Below are positions 22,577 to 34,274 of a stretch of 64,000 nucleotides of DNA, piece by piece. The notes below the pieces were generated by a model. That model saw only the letters and a list, made by a program, of their open reading frames with translations, ran no database searches and was not told the origin of the DNA. Source of the stretch: Octopus sinensis (taxonomy: Eukaryota); contig NC_043025.1 in the NCBI RefSeq assembly GCF_006345805.1, positions 11,718,001 through 11,782,000 of the forward strand, written 5' to 3'. Each line of letters opens with the position of its first letter. The first letter of the stretch is position 1. Both the position numbers and the translations under genes were made by a program.

Positions 22577-22976
22577 TATATATCTATATATATAAATATA
22601 TATACTTACATAGTTTTTATTCATTTTCTGGAAGATTGTGGAGAAGACAGGCGGAAAAAGGGACAATGGAAAGAAAAAAGAAAAAGAAAAGCAACATTAA
22701 TAATAATGGTTTCACATTTTGGCACAAGGCCGGCAATTTTGTGGGAGGGAGTAAGTCGATTACATCGACCCCCAATGCTCAACTGGCACTTATTTTATCG
22801 ACCCCTGAAAGGAGCAAAAAGCAAAGTTGACCTTGGTGGAATTTGAGCTCAGAACATGAAGACAGAAGAAATGACACTAAGCAAGGAAACAATTCTACCA
22901 GCTCGTCACCTCCTCCTCCTCCTCCTCATCATCATCATCATCATTATTATTATTAATAATAATAATAATAATAATA

Positions 22977-23007
<31 letters not shown>

Positions 23008-23526
23008 AATGATAATATACTGATGATGATGATGATGATGATGATGATGTTGATCTTTTCTACTCTAGTCACAAGGCCTGAAATTTTTGGAGACGGGGTG
23101 GACCAGTCAATTACATTGACCCCAGTACATAACTGGTACTTATTTAATCGAGCCCAAAAGGATGACAGCAAGCGTTGATGCTTCCTAGGGCTAAATAGCA
23201 ATAGTATGATTCCCTTTATGGGACTGTCACGTTAAGTTGACAGTATACACCTGCTCTATTGTACCACCACTGCTTATATTTCTCTGAGATATTTAGAAAA
23301 GTAATATTTATATATATATATATATATACGACAGGCGTCTTTTAGTTTCCGTCTATCAAATCCACCCACAAGACTTTGGTCAGCCTGAGGCTATAGTAGA
23401 AGACACTTGCCCAAGGTGGTACGCAGTGGGACTGAACCCAGAACCATGTGATTGGTAAGCAAGCTAATTACCACACAGCCACTCTTTCATTCATTCATTA
23501 ATTAGAAAATACCTTCTATTTCTTAC

Positions 23527-23581
23527 CTGGTTCGTTATTGGTCAGAACAAGTGTCAGGTTTTCAAAAGATTTAGAGGAATC
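23527..23581 (-). CDS. DOK4/5/6-like, coding exon 6 (DSSKSFENLTLVLTNNEP)
   Basis: ctctttccag| acceptor, 55 nt open (phase 0 to 1), donor G|gtaaga. Only phase and splice signals support it. Confidence 0.7.
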
Positions 23582-23953
23582 CTGGAAAGAGACATTACAG
23601 ATATATATATATACGTAATAATAATATGAGGGAATATTATTCCAAACTTACAGGGAAAAATTCAATTGAGAAAAAACCCACCTTTTATCAATTTAATAAT
23701 GAAAAACTAAATTATACCATTTTGAAAAATTACTTATTATAGAAAGATTAGATATAAGATAAAACATATAAGAATGATTAAGTAATGTGCAAAATAGTAA
23801 ATAAAATTTTTCTAAATGGTATAATTTAATTTTTCATTATTGAATAGATAAAAGGTGTTTTATTTCTAATTTATATATATATATATAAAACAAACCCGAG
23901 CAACGCCGGGCATTACTGCTAGTAGACAGGGTAGAAATGGCTGTTTTACTTAC

Positions 23954-24098
23954 AAGAGATAAAATGGAATCCGAATGCGACAAAGAGTCTAGATCGAGGT
24001 CTTGAGCAAAAACGTGAGCTTGCTGCCGCAGTTGTTCAAAGATGTCTTCACTATAAATACTACTGAACACAAAAGAACCACCTGGACTATCACAGCTC
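23954..24098 (-). CDS. DOK4/5/6-like, coding exon 5 (KSCDSPGGSFVFSSIYSEDIFEQLRQQA...SILSL)
   Basis: ttcctctctttctag| acceptor, 145 nt (phase 2 to 0), donor |gtaagt. Completes the PTB motif G+xCxxxxGxFxF. Confidence 0.9.
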
Positions 24099-24514
24099 CT
24101 AGAAAGAGAGGAAGAAAGATAGAGGCAAAAAGGACCGAGTGAGTAAAGGTGTGAGAAGAAGAGATGTGTTTAGGGGAGAAATTTTGGATCTTTACGTTTT
24201 GACCGACAGATTTAAGAAATAATTTTTTGTAATTAAACACTTTCAAACTTTGGACACTGGTAGAATGTGTCATATAAACCATCTTTTACTCTTAGTGTTT
24301 TTGAGAAAAGTTTATATTTATGAAGTTATTTCACGTTAAAATGACGGTCTGACCGTCTGCCAAGCAAATGGGAAGCAGTAATTGAGGTAGATGGTGAATA
24401 TGCTCCGGGATAATCATTTAAAGATGTTTCAGTTACATGTTGTTATTGTTTTTTGTTGAATAAAATTTGTTGAAAAAATGCCACAATAATTATGCACCAA
24501 CCCAATATCATCAT

Positions 24515-24870
24515 CATCATCATCATCATTTAGCGTCCGTTTTCCATGCTAGCATGGGTTGGACGGTTCTACTGGGGTCTGTGAAGCCAGAAGGCTTCAT
24601 CAGGCCCAGTCAAATCTGGCAGTGTTTCTACGGCTGGATGCCCTTCCTAACGCCACCACTCCGTGAGTGTAGTGGGTGCTTTTTACGTGCCACCCGCACT
24701 GGTGCCAGACAGAGCTGGCAAACGGCCACGAACGGATGGTGCTTTTTATGTGCCACCAGCACGAGGGCCAGGCGAGGCTGGCAACGGACACGAAACGGGG
24801 CGGTGCTGGCAACGGTCGCGAAACGGAAAGTTCTCTTACATGCCACCGGCACTGGTAACACATCTGCAAT
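24515..24870 (-). mobile_element. SINE family C copy
   Basis: (CAT)n then ttagcgtccgttttccatgctagcatgggttggacg... Confidence 0.85.
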
Positions 24871-25379
24871 TTCCATATATATATATATATATATGTATAT
24901 ACCGGAGTAAACACATAAATGTGAAACAAGGTGGGAAAAAAGAGTACTCAAATACCAGGGGTAGAGTAATATGCTTTATTTAAAAGCAGCAGAATTTCAA
25001 CAAAAGCTGTTACTTGGAGTTTCACGTTCCCGTTTGTCAGACAGTTTTGTTAATGTAGTTTTTTCAACTGCATGAACTAAAAGTTGGAGGGGGATGGGAT
25101 AAATTACCTGCATCAACTTGCTATAAAAGCAGGTAGTAATTTTACCTTGCCCTTGTTCTTAGTGCAAGTTTTGAAGAGTGCAGTTCGATTTTAACAGTTA
25201 TTTTTTCCATTCCAAATGCCAACCACTTTACAGTGTGGACTGGATCCTTTTCATGTGGCACCAGCACCATAAGGGTCAGCAAGTAGCTTCGTAAGATTCT
25301 TTTAGAGGAGGGGGGCATTGGAGGACGTGATCTTGCGTCAGATGATGAAAACACACACACACACACACATGTTACTTAC

Positions 25380-25572
25380 TTGCCGACCTCCAAACTGAGG
25401 CAGCGAGAATTCAGTTGGAACTTCTTCAGTTGTTTCATTTGCCACGTTGCTAGGCAACAGGTTGGTTGTCCAGCATCAAGAAGATGGATTGTTTCTGGCG
25501 TAAGAACCATCAGACATTCCCCATGGAAATCTCCCAGTGGAGTATATGCCATAGGACAGACCGGATAGACAT
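25380..25572 (-). CDS. DOK4/5/6-like, coding exon 4, IRS-type PTB domain (VYPVCPMAYTPLGDFHGECLMVLTPETIHLLD...LATWQMKQLKKF...LSLEVG)
   Basis: ttctttccag| acceptor, 193 nt (phase 1 to 2), donor AA|gtaagt. The GEC..xTxExIxLxD...LxxW pattern is the DOK PTB pattern. Confidence 0.92.
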
Positions 25573-26029
25573 CTGGAAAGAAAGGTAAAAGATAAAGTGA
25601 ACAATCTAGCACAAAATATTTTGCTTAACCCTTTAGCATATATGTCGGTTATATCTGGCCCAAGAATTCCGTTTTGTGGCCAGATCTTGCTCCTCAGCCA
25701 GGGGTCAATTTCACTTCAATGGTAAAAAGGATATTCAAAGGAATTCAGCCACTTCCTCTCTTCCTTGCTCAACACATGCGTCAAGTTTGAGTATCATTAT
25801 TAAGATTATTGCTGCTTCGGTGAACCAGTAGGCATGGGTGTTGAGAAGTAGTAATACAACACATAGGTGGTGGTTTCAAATCTCTTCCAGAAATTACAAG
25901 GGATCTAGTTAAAAAATTTTTTATTTAAGCAACAAAATTTCTTTCAACAATTTCTCTCTCTTAAGCGTGACACACGCATCAGGTACATACAAAAAACAAA
26001 TTGGTGTATTAATATTATTGATATGCGTG

Positions 26030-26059
<30 letters not shown>

Positions 26060-26064
<5 letters not shown>

Positions 26065-26280
26065 CAAAATGTGACCTTGTGTGTACCGTTGGCGATTTTT
26101 TTCCCTCTCTCTTCCCTTCACTGGATCTTTCCTTCTCCTATGTTTCCGACGAAGAGCTCCGATCGAAACGTTAAACCCTCCTTCTTTCCTTCTTTCCTGA
26201 GCATCCAATAATACCATATTTGTTCCACGTCCTCGCGTTGTTGTGTTTTTTTGTGCTTTCTTGTTCGGATTAACTATATA
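26060..26280 (+). mobile_element. Penelope-like repeat copy with a hammerhead-like motif (26142-26176)
   Basis: Same sequence as 10590-11165. Confidence 0.65.
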
Positions 26281-26285
26281 TGTAG

Positions 26286-26377
<92 letters not shown>

Positions 26378-26608
26378 ATATATATATATATATATTAAGA
26401 ACACACTTACTTAGAAATGGATGTGTGCATTCCGTCATATATATATTACACATATATACGATGGACTTCTTTCAGTTTCCCTCTACCAAATCCACTCACA
26501 AGGCTTTGGTCATCCCGAGGCTATAATAGATGACATTTACCCAAGGTGTCACACAGTGGGACTGAACCCAGAACCATGTGGTTGGTAAGCAAGCTACTTA
26601 CCACACAA

Positions 26609-26657
<49 letters not shown>

Positions 26658-26928
26658 CATATATACGATGGGCTTGCTTTCATTTTCCGTCTACCAAATC
26701 CACTCACAAGGCTTTGGTCATCCCGAGGCTATAGTAGAAGACACTTGCCCAAGGTGCCACGCAGTGGGACTGAACCCAGAACCATGTGGTTGGGAAGCAA
26801 GCTTCTTACCGCACAGCCATGCCTGCCCCTGGATGTAGAAAAGTTTGCAGCCCAGAGAAACTAGTCGCATCAACTCACTGCTCAATGTGCTCAAGGGCCC
26901 AGGAGCAATGGAATTGATCTCTACTTAC

Positions 26929-27054
26929 CATATTGGTCGGCCTTCAAGTCAGACCGGATCTGCTTGTGGATTCCCGGAGATGTGAAGAACTTGGCGTCAC
27001 CTCTCTTCTGGTGTTCCAAGAGAACCACGTTTAGCCAATCTTCGGCATCGCCAT
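26929..27054 (-). CDS. DOK4/5/6-like, coding exon 3 (DGDAEDWLNVVLLEHQKRGDAK...DQY), end of PH domain and linker
   Basis: ttgacag| acceptor, 126 nt (phase 1 to 1), donor G|gtaagt. Contains the PH C-terminal helix AEDW. Confidence 0.88.
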
Positions 27055-27099
27055 CTGTCAATGAAAGGAACAAAGGCATATGGAAGCAATGGAAGACAT

Positions 27100-27335
27100 C
27101 ATCATCAAAACCACCACCACCACCACCACCACCACCACCACCACCACTACCACCGCCACCACCACAACCACCATCACCACCATTACCACCACAACCACTA
27201 CCACCACCATCAACACCACCATAACCACCACAACCATCACCACCACAACCACCACTACCACCACCACAACCACCAGCACCACTACCACCACCAGCACCAC
27301 AAACACCAGTACCACCACCACCACCACCACTACCA
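27100..27335. repeat. (CCA)n microsatellite
   Basis: Directly visible, next to the Dok exon 3 acceptor. Confidence 0.95.
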
Positions 27336-27344
27336 CCATCATAT

Positions 27345-28855
27345 TCTTTTACTTGTTTCAGTCATTTGACTGTGGCCATGCTGGAGCACCGCCTTTAGTC
27401 GAACACATCGACCCCAGGACTTATTCTTTGTAAGCCTGGTACTTATTCTATCGATCTCTTTTGCCGAACCACTAAGTTACGGGGACATAAACACACCAGC
27501 ATCGGTTGTCAAGCGATGTTGGGAGGACAAACACAGACACACAAACATATACACACACATACACGCACACATATATATGATGGGCTTCTTTCAGTTTCCG
27601 TCTACCAAATCTAGTCACAAGGCTTTGGTCGGCCCAAGGCTATAGTAGAAGACACTTGCCCAAGGTGCCATGCAGTGGGACTGAACCCGGAACCATGTGG
27701 TTGGTAAGCAAGCTACTTACCACACAGCCATTCCTGTATACATACATACACAACAGGCTTCTTTCAGTTTCCATCTACCAGATTCGTTCCCAAAGCTTTG
27801 GTCCACCCGAGGATATTGTAGAAGACTTGCCCAAGATGCCATGCGGTAGGACTGAACATGGAAGCATGTGGATAGGAAACGATTTCTTACCCCACAGCCA
27901 CGTCTGTGGCTTAGGAGTGGCTGTGTGGTAAGTAGCTTGCTTACCAACCACATAGTTCTGGGTTCAGTCCCACTGCGTGGCACCTTGGGCAAGTGTCTTC
28001 TACTATAGTCTCGGGCTGACCAAAGCCTTGTGAGTGGATTTGGTAGATGGAAACTGAAAGAAGCCCATCGTATATATATATATATATATGTATATAGGCA
28101 TAGGAGTGGCTGTGTGGTAAGTAGCTTGCTTACCAACCACATAGTTCCGGGTTCAGTCCCACTGCGTGGCAACTTGGGCAAGTGTCTTCTGCTATAGCCC
28201 CGGGCCGACCAATGCCTTGTGAGTGGATTTGGTAGACAGAAACTGAAAGAAGCCCATCGTATATATATATATATATATATATAGGCATAGGAGTGGCTGT
28301 GTGGTAAGTAGCTTGCTTACCAACCACATAGTTCCGGGTTCAGTCCCACTGCGTGGCAACTTGGGCAAGTGTCTTCTGCTATAGCCCCGGGCCGACCAAT
28401 GCCTTGTGAGTGGATTTGGTAGACGGAAACTGAAAGAAGCCCATCGTATATATATATATATAGGCATAGGAGTGGCTGCGTGGTAAGTAGCTTGCTTACC
28501 AACCACATAGTTCCGGGTTCAGTCCCACTGCATGGCACCTTGGGCAGGTGTCTTCTACTATAGCCTTGGGCTGACCAAAGCCTTGTGAGTGGATTTGGTA
28601 GACGGAAACTGAAAGAAGCCTGTCATGTATGTGTATATATATATGTGTATGTTTGTGTGTCTGTGTTTGTTCCCCCAACATCGCTTGACAACCGATGGTG
28701 GTGTATTTACATCCCCGTAACTTAGCGGTTCGGCAAAACAGACCGATAGAATAAGTACTAGGCTTACAAAGAGTAAGTCCTGGGGTCGATTTGCTCGACT
28801 AAAAGGCGGTGCTCCAGCATGGTCACAGTCAAATGACTGAAACAAGTAAAAGAGT
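27345..28855. mobile_element. SINE family B cluster: one minus-strand copy facing an inverted tandem of four head halves
   Basis: 27345-27730 and 27913-28855 are in opposite orientation. The head unit repeats every ~185 bp. Confidence 0.87.
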
Positions 28856-29159
28856 ATCTGTGCTCTGTTTTGCTCACCGCCCAACACCCAGTCTTTCAAT
28901 CTCACGAGGGCAGCACCAAATCACTGAGTAACACACTTTCACATCTATCTCTCTTTCTCACACATCTTTTATCTTTTACTTGTTTCTAGGGCTGTGGTGT
29001 CCGAGTCGGAGTCATGGAGTCGGAGGCGGTAAAACTATACTGACTCTGATTCTGACTCACAATGTCTTTATTCCTTAATATAAACCGAAACCGATTTTAA
29101 GGTTTGTTGTTTCGGATCTTTTCAATAAAAGATGTTTTATGTAACACATTCTACCAGTT

Positions 29160-29490
29160 GTTGGAAGCACTCCGTCGGTTACGATGACAAGGGTTCCGGT
29201 TGATCCGAATCAACGGAACAGTGGCTGAGCACTCCACAGACACGTGTACCCTTAACGAAGTTCTCGGGGATATTCAGCGTGACACAGAGAGTGACAAGGC
29301 CGGCCCTTTGAGATACAGGTACAACAGAAACAGGAAGTAAGGGTGAGAGAAAGTTGTGGTGAAAGAGTACAGCAAGGATCACCACCATCCCCTGCCGGGG
29401 ATGAACACTCACATCGCCCGGTCTGGGAATCGAAACCGCGATCCTATGACCGCGAGTCTGCTGCCCTAACCACTGGGCCATTGCGCTTCC
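29160..29490 (-). mobile_element. tRNA-derived SINE family D
   Basis: Head ggaagcgcaatggcccagtggttagggc...ggtttcgattcccagaccgggcg. Homologous copy at 61078-61385. Confidence 0.8.
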
Positions 29491-29884
29491 TGTCATTCTA
29501 CCAGTATACGAAGTTTAAAAGTGTTTTGTCACAAATAACTATTTTTTAAATGTGCCGGTCAAAGTGAAAAGATCTGCTGTTTACAATAATGTTTTCTTTT
29601 GACACATTCTACCAGTATACGAAGTTTCAAATTTTTTAGTTTACTAGAAAATTCCGTCCATCAAACAGAAAAGATCCTTTTTATTTTCGTAAAAAACATT
29701 TCTCCCTTTTTTTCTGTTCAAGAAATATCGTTGAAACTGAATTGAACTGTTGTTGGTCGGCTTTAGTTCTGTCTGTTTCATTGAAACATGTCGCAACATA
29801 TCAATTCTCACCTTCTTTCCCCTTGAACCTTAGATCAGCACCTTGTCATCTCCTTCGCTAACCCCTGGCAGACTCTTTGAATTT

Positions 29885-30850
29885 GCAGGTAACAGAGTTT
29901 ATTCATAGCAAGTCAAGGGGATGCTGCTAGTCTTCAGTCGGCTGATCTTTCCCGTTGAGCATATGTAATAATAACCAGTTCCAGATTTTTTGATAAAAAA
30001 AGTGAAGAGATCGCTAAAACAGACGATAGTGACCGCCATTACAGACGACAGTGATCGCCGTAACAGACGATAGTGATGATGAAGCTGACATAAGCCAACT
30101 GTCAAACAGATTTGGCTCACGAAAATGCTTGTTTTCCCCAGCTAAAACCTGAATTTAACAAAGTTTTAAAGAAGGTAAGAAAAATTTCAATACTTTTCCG
30201 TAAATCTCCTACAAAAAATGAAATTTTGCAAGATTTTGTACGAGCGAACTTTGATAACAGAGAATATAAACTTCTACTGGATTGGCAGAACTCGGTGGAA
30301 TTTGGGAATTCCATATGATTGAGAGATTGTTTGGAATTGAAAAGCTGCATTCCAAATGCTCTACGAGCAGAACTTTCCACAGATGCCCATCGCTGACGAA
30401 GAATGGAAATCTCTCGATTTACTATATGAAATTCTGCATTCAGTAGAAATTATTTTGGAGGCTATTTGCGCTGATGATTCGGGTTTAGTGAAAGAGGAAT
30501 ATTCTATGGAATTTTTATTGAATAAACTTAATAATTTCGGCAACCCTTTGGCTCTAAATCTTCGTGAAAGACTTATGCATAGAAATAATAAGAGAAGAAA
30601 TGTGGAAACCTTGACTCTTTTCAGGTATTTACATAACCCAAGGAAGTTTAAAGGTCAGCCAATTTCTGGACCTTTTAACAAAACATTTAAGGAAGTATGC
30701 TGAACAAACATATAGGAGATTATTTCCTGAACATGATGCTGAGAACCCAACAGAATTATACAAAGAAAATGAAATAGGAGGGAACCTAAAAGCAAGTGTT
30801 ACTGTTGTCCCATCTACTTATGAAGGTAATGGACTCATTCGTGAATAAAC
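29885..30850 (+). pseudogene. Degenerate hAT-superfamily transposase fragment
   Basis: Frameshifted pieces KVRKISILFRKSPTKNEILQ...LLLD/TRWN...EEWKSLDLLYEIL...E...C, which follow the hAT catalytic-region pattern. hAT-like ends tagggct (28987) and agcccta (31227) bracket the region. Confidence 0.75.
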
Positions 30851-30920
30851 AAGCAAAATGAAGAAAATGAATGAAGAGCCCAGGATGGTAACAGATGGAT
30901 TTGAAATCTCTAAAGAATTC

Positions 30921-31155
30921 GGGTACTATTTAAGAACAGTGGTCCCGGTGCGCGTACTCGCGCATCCGCGCTAGTTAGTCGTGACTAGTCGATCCTACAA
31001 CGACTACGTAGCAAAGTAAATAAAACGCAAAATAATAAATTGCTTTTACACAAAATAATTTTTTTAAAGTAAATAAAACACAAAGTAAGTATCGACTAGT
31101 CATGACTAGCTAGTGCGGATGCGCGCACCGGGACCACTCTTCTTAAGTAGTACCC
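30921..31155. mobile_element. Palindromic MITE-like element, copy 2
   Basis: gggtacta...agtaccc inverted ends, with arms homologous to 7825-8030. Confidence 0.85.
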
Positions 31156-31227
31156 GCGAAAACCGGTTTTGAGAATTACTTATACTTGAACTCGGTTTTG
31201 GGAATTATCGGTTTTTTGCGAGCCCTA

Positions 31228-31685
31228 GTATGTATGTGTGTATGTATGTATATGTATGTGTGCGTATGTATATATGTGCGTGTATGTATATATGTGCGTG
31301 TATGTATATATGTGCGTGTATGTATATATGTGCGTGTATGTATATATGTGTGTGTATGTATATATGCATATGTATATATGTGTGTGTATGTATATATGCG
31401 TATGTATGTGTGTGTGTATGTATGTATGCGTATGTATATATGTGCGTGTATGTATACATGTGTGTATATGTATATATGCGTATGTATGTATGTGTGCATG
31501 TCTGTATATGTATGTGTGCTTATGTATATATGTACGTATGTATATATGTGCGTGTATATATATGTGTGCATGTATGTATATGTATGTATATATGTGTGTG
31601 TATGTATATATGCGTATGTATGTGTGTATGTATGTATGTGTGCATGTCTGTATATGTATATGTGTGTATGTATGTATGTACGTAT
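31228..31685. repeat. (TATG/TGTA) compound microsatellite
   Basis: Directly visible. Confidence 0.95.
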
Positions 31686-32274
31686 GGAGTGAGATTTAGA
31701 ATAAGATATAAAATGACACAAACATAAATAAAGTCAAAACATCTGTTAAAATTTGCAGTGGAAATGTTTATCTATACATGCATGTGTATATATGTGTATA
31801 TATATATATATATATCATCATCATCATCATTATACTAGCATAGGTTGGACGATTTGACTGAGGGCTGGCGAACCAGATGGCAGCACCAGGCTCCAATCTT
31901 GATTTGGCAGAGTTTCTACAGCTGGATGCCCTTCCTGATGCCAACCACTCCGAGAGTGCAGTGGGTGCTTTTACGTGCCACCAGCATGAGGAGCCAGTCA
32001 GGTGGTATACATATATATAATATGTGCCTTCACATATATATCATCATCATCGTTTAACGTCCGCTTTCCATGGTAGCATGGGTTGGACGATTTGACTGAG
32101 GACTGGCGAGCCAGATGGCTGCGCCAGGCCCCAATCTGATCTGGCAGAGTTTCTACAGCTTGATGCCCTTCCTAACGCCAACCACTCCGAGAGTGTAGTG
32201 GGTGCTTTTAAAGTGCCACCGGCACGAGGGCCAATCTGGTGGTACTGGCAACATATATATATATATATACATCA

Positions 32275-32478
32275 AAATGTGACCTCGTGTGTACCGTTGG
32301 CGATTTTTTTTCCTCTGTCTTCCCTTCTCTGGATCTTTCCTTCTCCTATGTTTCCGACGAAGAGCTCTGCTCGAAACGTTAAACCCTCCTTCTTCCCTTC
32401 TTTCCTCAGCGTCCAATAATACTATATTTCTTCCACGTACTCGCGTTGTTGTGTTTTTGTGTTTTCTTGTTTGGATTT

Positions 32479-32480
<2 letters not shown>
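32275..32480 (+). mobile_element. Penelope-like repeat copy with the best-paired hammerhead-like motif (32350-32384)
   Basis: gtttccgacgaagagctctgctcgaaacgttaaac. Confidence 0.65.
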
Positions 32481-32528
<48 letters not shown>

Positions 32529-33304
32529 ATATATATACATATAAACATATAAACATATGTATATATATATATATATATACATATAAACACATATATAAAA
32601 TTGAATAAGGGTAGAAATTGATAATAATCAATTAAAACCAGTGGCCTAGCATATTAAAAAAATCCGATGATTAAAATATTTTTTACATACAAAATTTAAA
32701 GGACTGACCACTAAAAGTGGACGGTCAATATGCTAGATATAGACGTCAAAATCACTATTTTCTTGAGAACACATTCTTCATGGAAAATAGCGATTTTGAT
32801 GTCTATATTTAGCATATTGACCGTCCACTTTTAGTGGTCAGTCCTTTAAATTTTATATAGCATGTATCTGACTTATACATTGTTCGCTTTCCACACATTT
32901 TTACATTACTGCATATACTCTATACCAGTGCTTTTCAAACTTTTTGCTGGAGCGGAACCCCAAGGAAATATTCCACTGGCTCAAGGAACCTCAGTGCAAT
33001 AATTTAATAGTCTTATGTACACATATCTGCATAGGGGACTTAAAAATTACTGCCGATTTTAGCAGTTTTGTAACTTCTTGCGGAACCCCTGGACTGTACT
33101 GGCGGAACCCTGGTTGAAAACCACTTTCTGACAAGTTGTGGTGCACCTGAGCACTGTATACAATAATTTCATTATTATTATATATTATATATATACTCAA
33201 ATGAACATATGTATATGCATATATACAATATACACACACATATGTACTTACATATACATATATATATATACAGGTATAGTCTTTGTCCAAAATACTTTTC
33301 TTAC

Positions 33305-33524
33305 CTGTTTCAAAGGAAAGCTCCCAAGAATAATCCTCTCTTGTCAGAATTGCAATGGCAGATCTCTTTATTTTGCTGGACAGCCGTTGTACCTCTCGTA
33401 CCGATTTCATGAAAAGCGTTGCCTTTGGTTCATTATTTGTCTTCTTTCGGCTGGAATAAACTGAGAGGCGCGTCGGCCCTTTGCTCGTGGCTCGGTGCAA
33501 CACTAACCATCGTCTCCACCATAT
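33305..33524 (-). CDS. DOK4/5/6-like, coding exon 2, PH domain (IWWRRWLVLHRATSKGPTRL...SAIAILTREDYSWELSFET)
   Basis: tttctttctag| acceptor, 220 nt (phase 0 to 1), donor G|gtaaga. WLVxxxAxSKGPxRL is characteristic of DOK4/5/6. Confidence 0.92.
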
Positions 33525-34274
33525 CTAGAAAGAAACAAGAAGAGCAAATCATCATCAACACCATCATCATCATTTAGCGTCCGCTTTCCATGCTAGCATG
33601 GGTTGGACGGTGCAACTGGGGTCTGGGAAGCCAGAAGGCTGCATCAGGCCCAGTCAGATCTGGTAGTGTTTCTACGGCTGGATGCCCTTCCTAACGCCAA
33701 CCACTCAGTGAGTGTAGTGGCTGCTTTTTACGTGCCACCGACACAGGTGCCAGACGAGGCTGGCAAACGGCCACAATCGGATGGTACTTTTTGTGTGCCA
33801 CCGACACAGGTGCCAGGCAAGGCTGGCAAACGGCCACGATCGGATGGTGCTTTTTACGTGCCACCGGCACGGAGGCCAGTTGGGGAGCACTGGCAACGGC
33901 CATGTTCGGATGGTTCTCTTATGTGCCCCCGGCACTGGTATCACAGCTACAATTTCCATTGATGTTGATCGATTTCAATTTTGATTCTGATTTTGATATA
34001 TACATACATACATACATTCATACATACACACACACACACCACACACACATACATACATACATATATACATACATACATACATACATACATCTTCTGAAGT
34101 ACACATGCTTGGAGCATAGACCTACACAAGATAACAAAACAATCACATATTTGAAGGTATGCAATAATCCATGATTAATTCAAAGCAAGGCCAGATCCAG
34201 CCTCTCACACTTTCCCTACAATGTCATTCTAAAAACAAACAATCGACTCATTGAAACCTTGAAGATAACTCAAA

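Noticed and set aside
23239-23283. 33-nt candidate Dok exon (minus strand)
   Set aside because: Weak gtgtat donor, no phase correction and no homology support.
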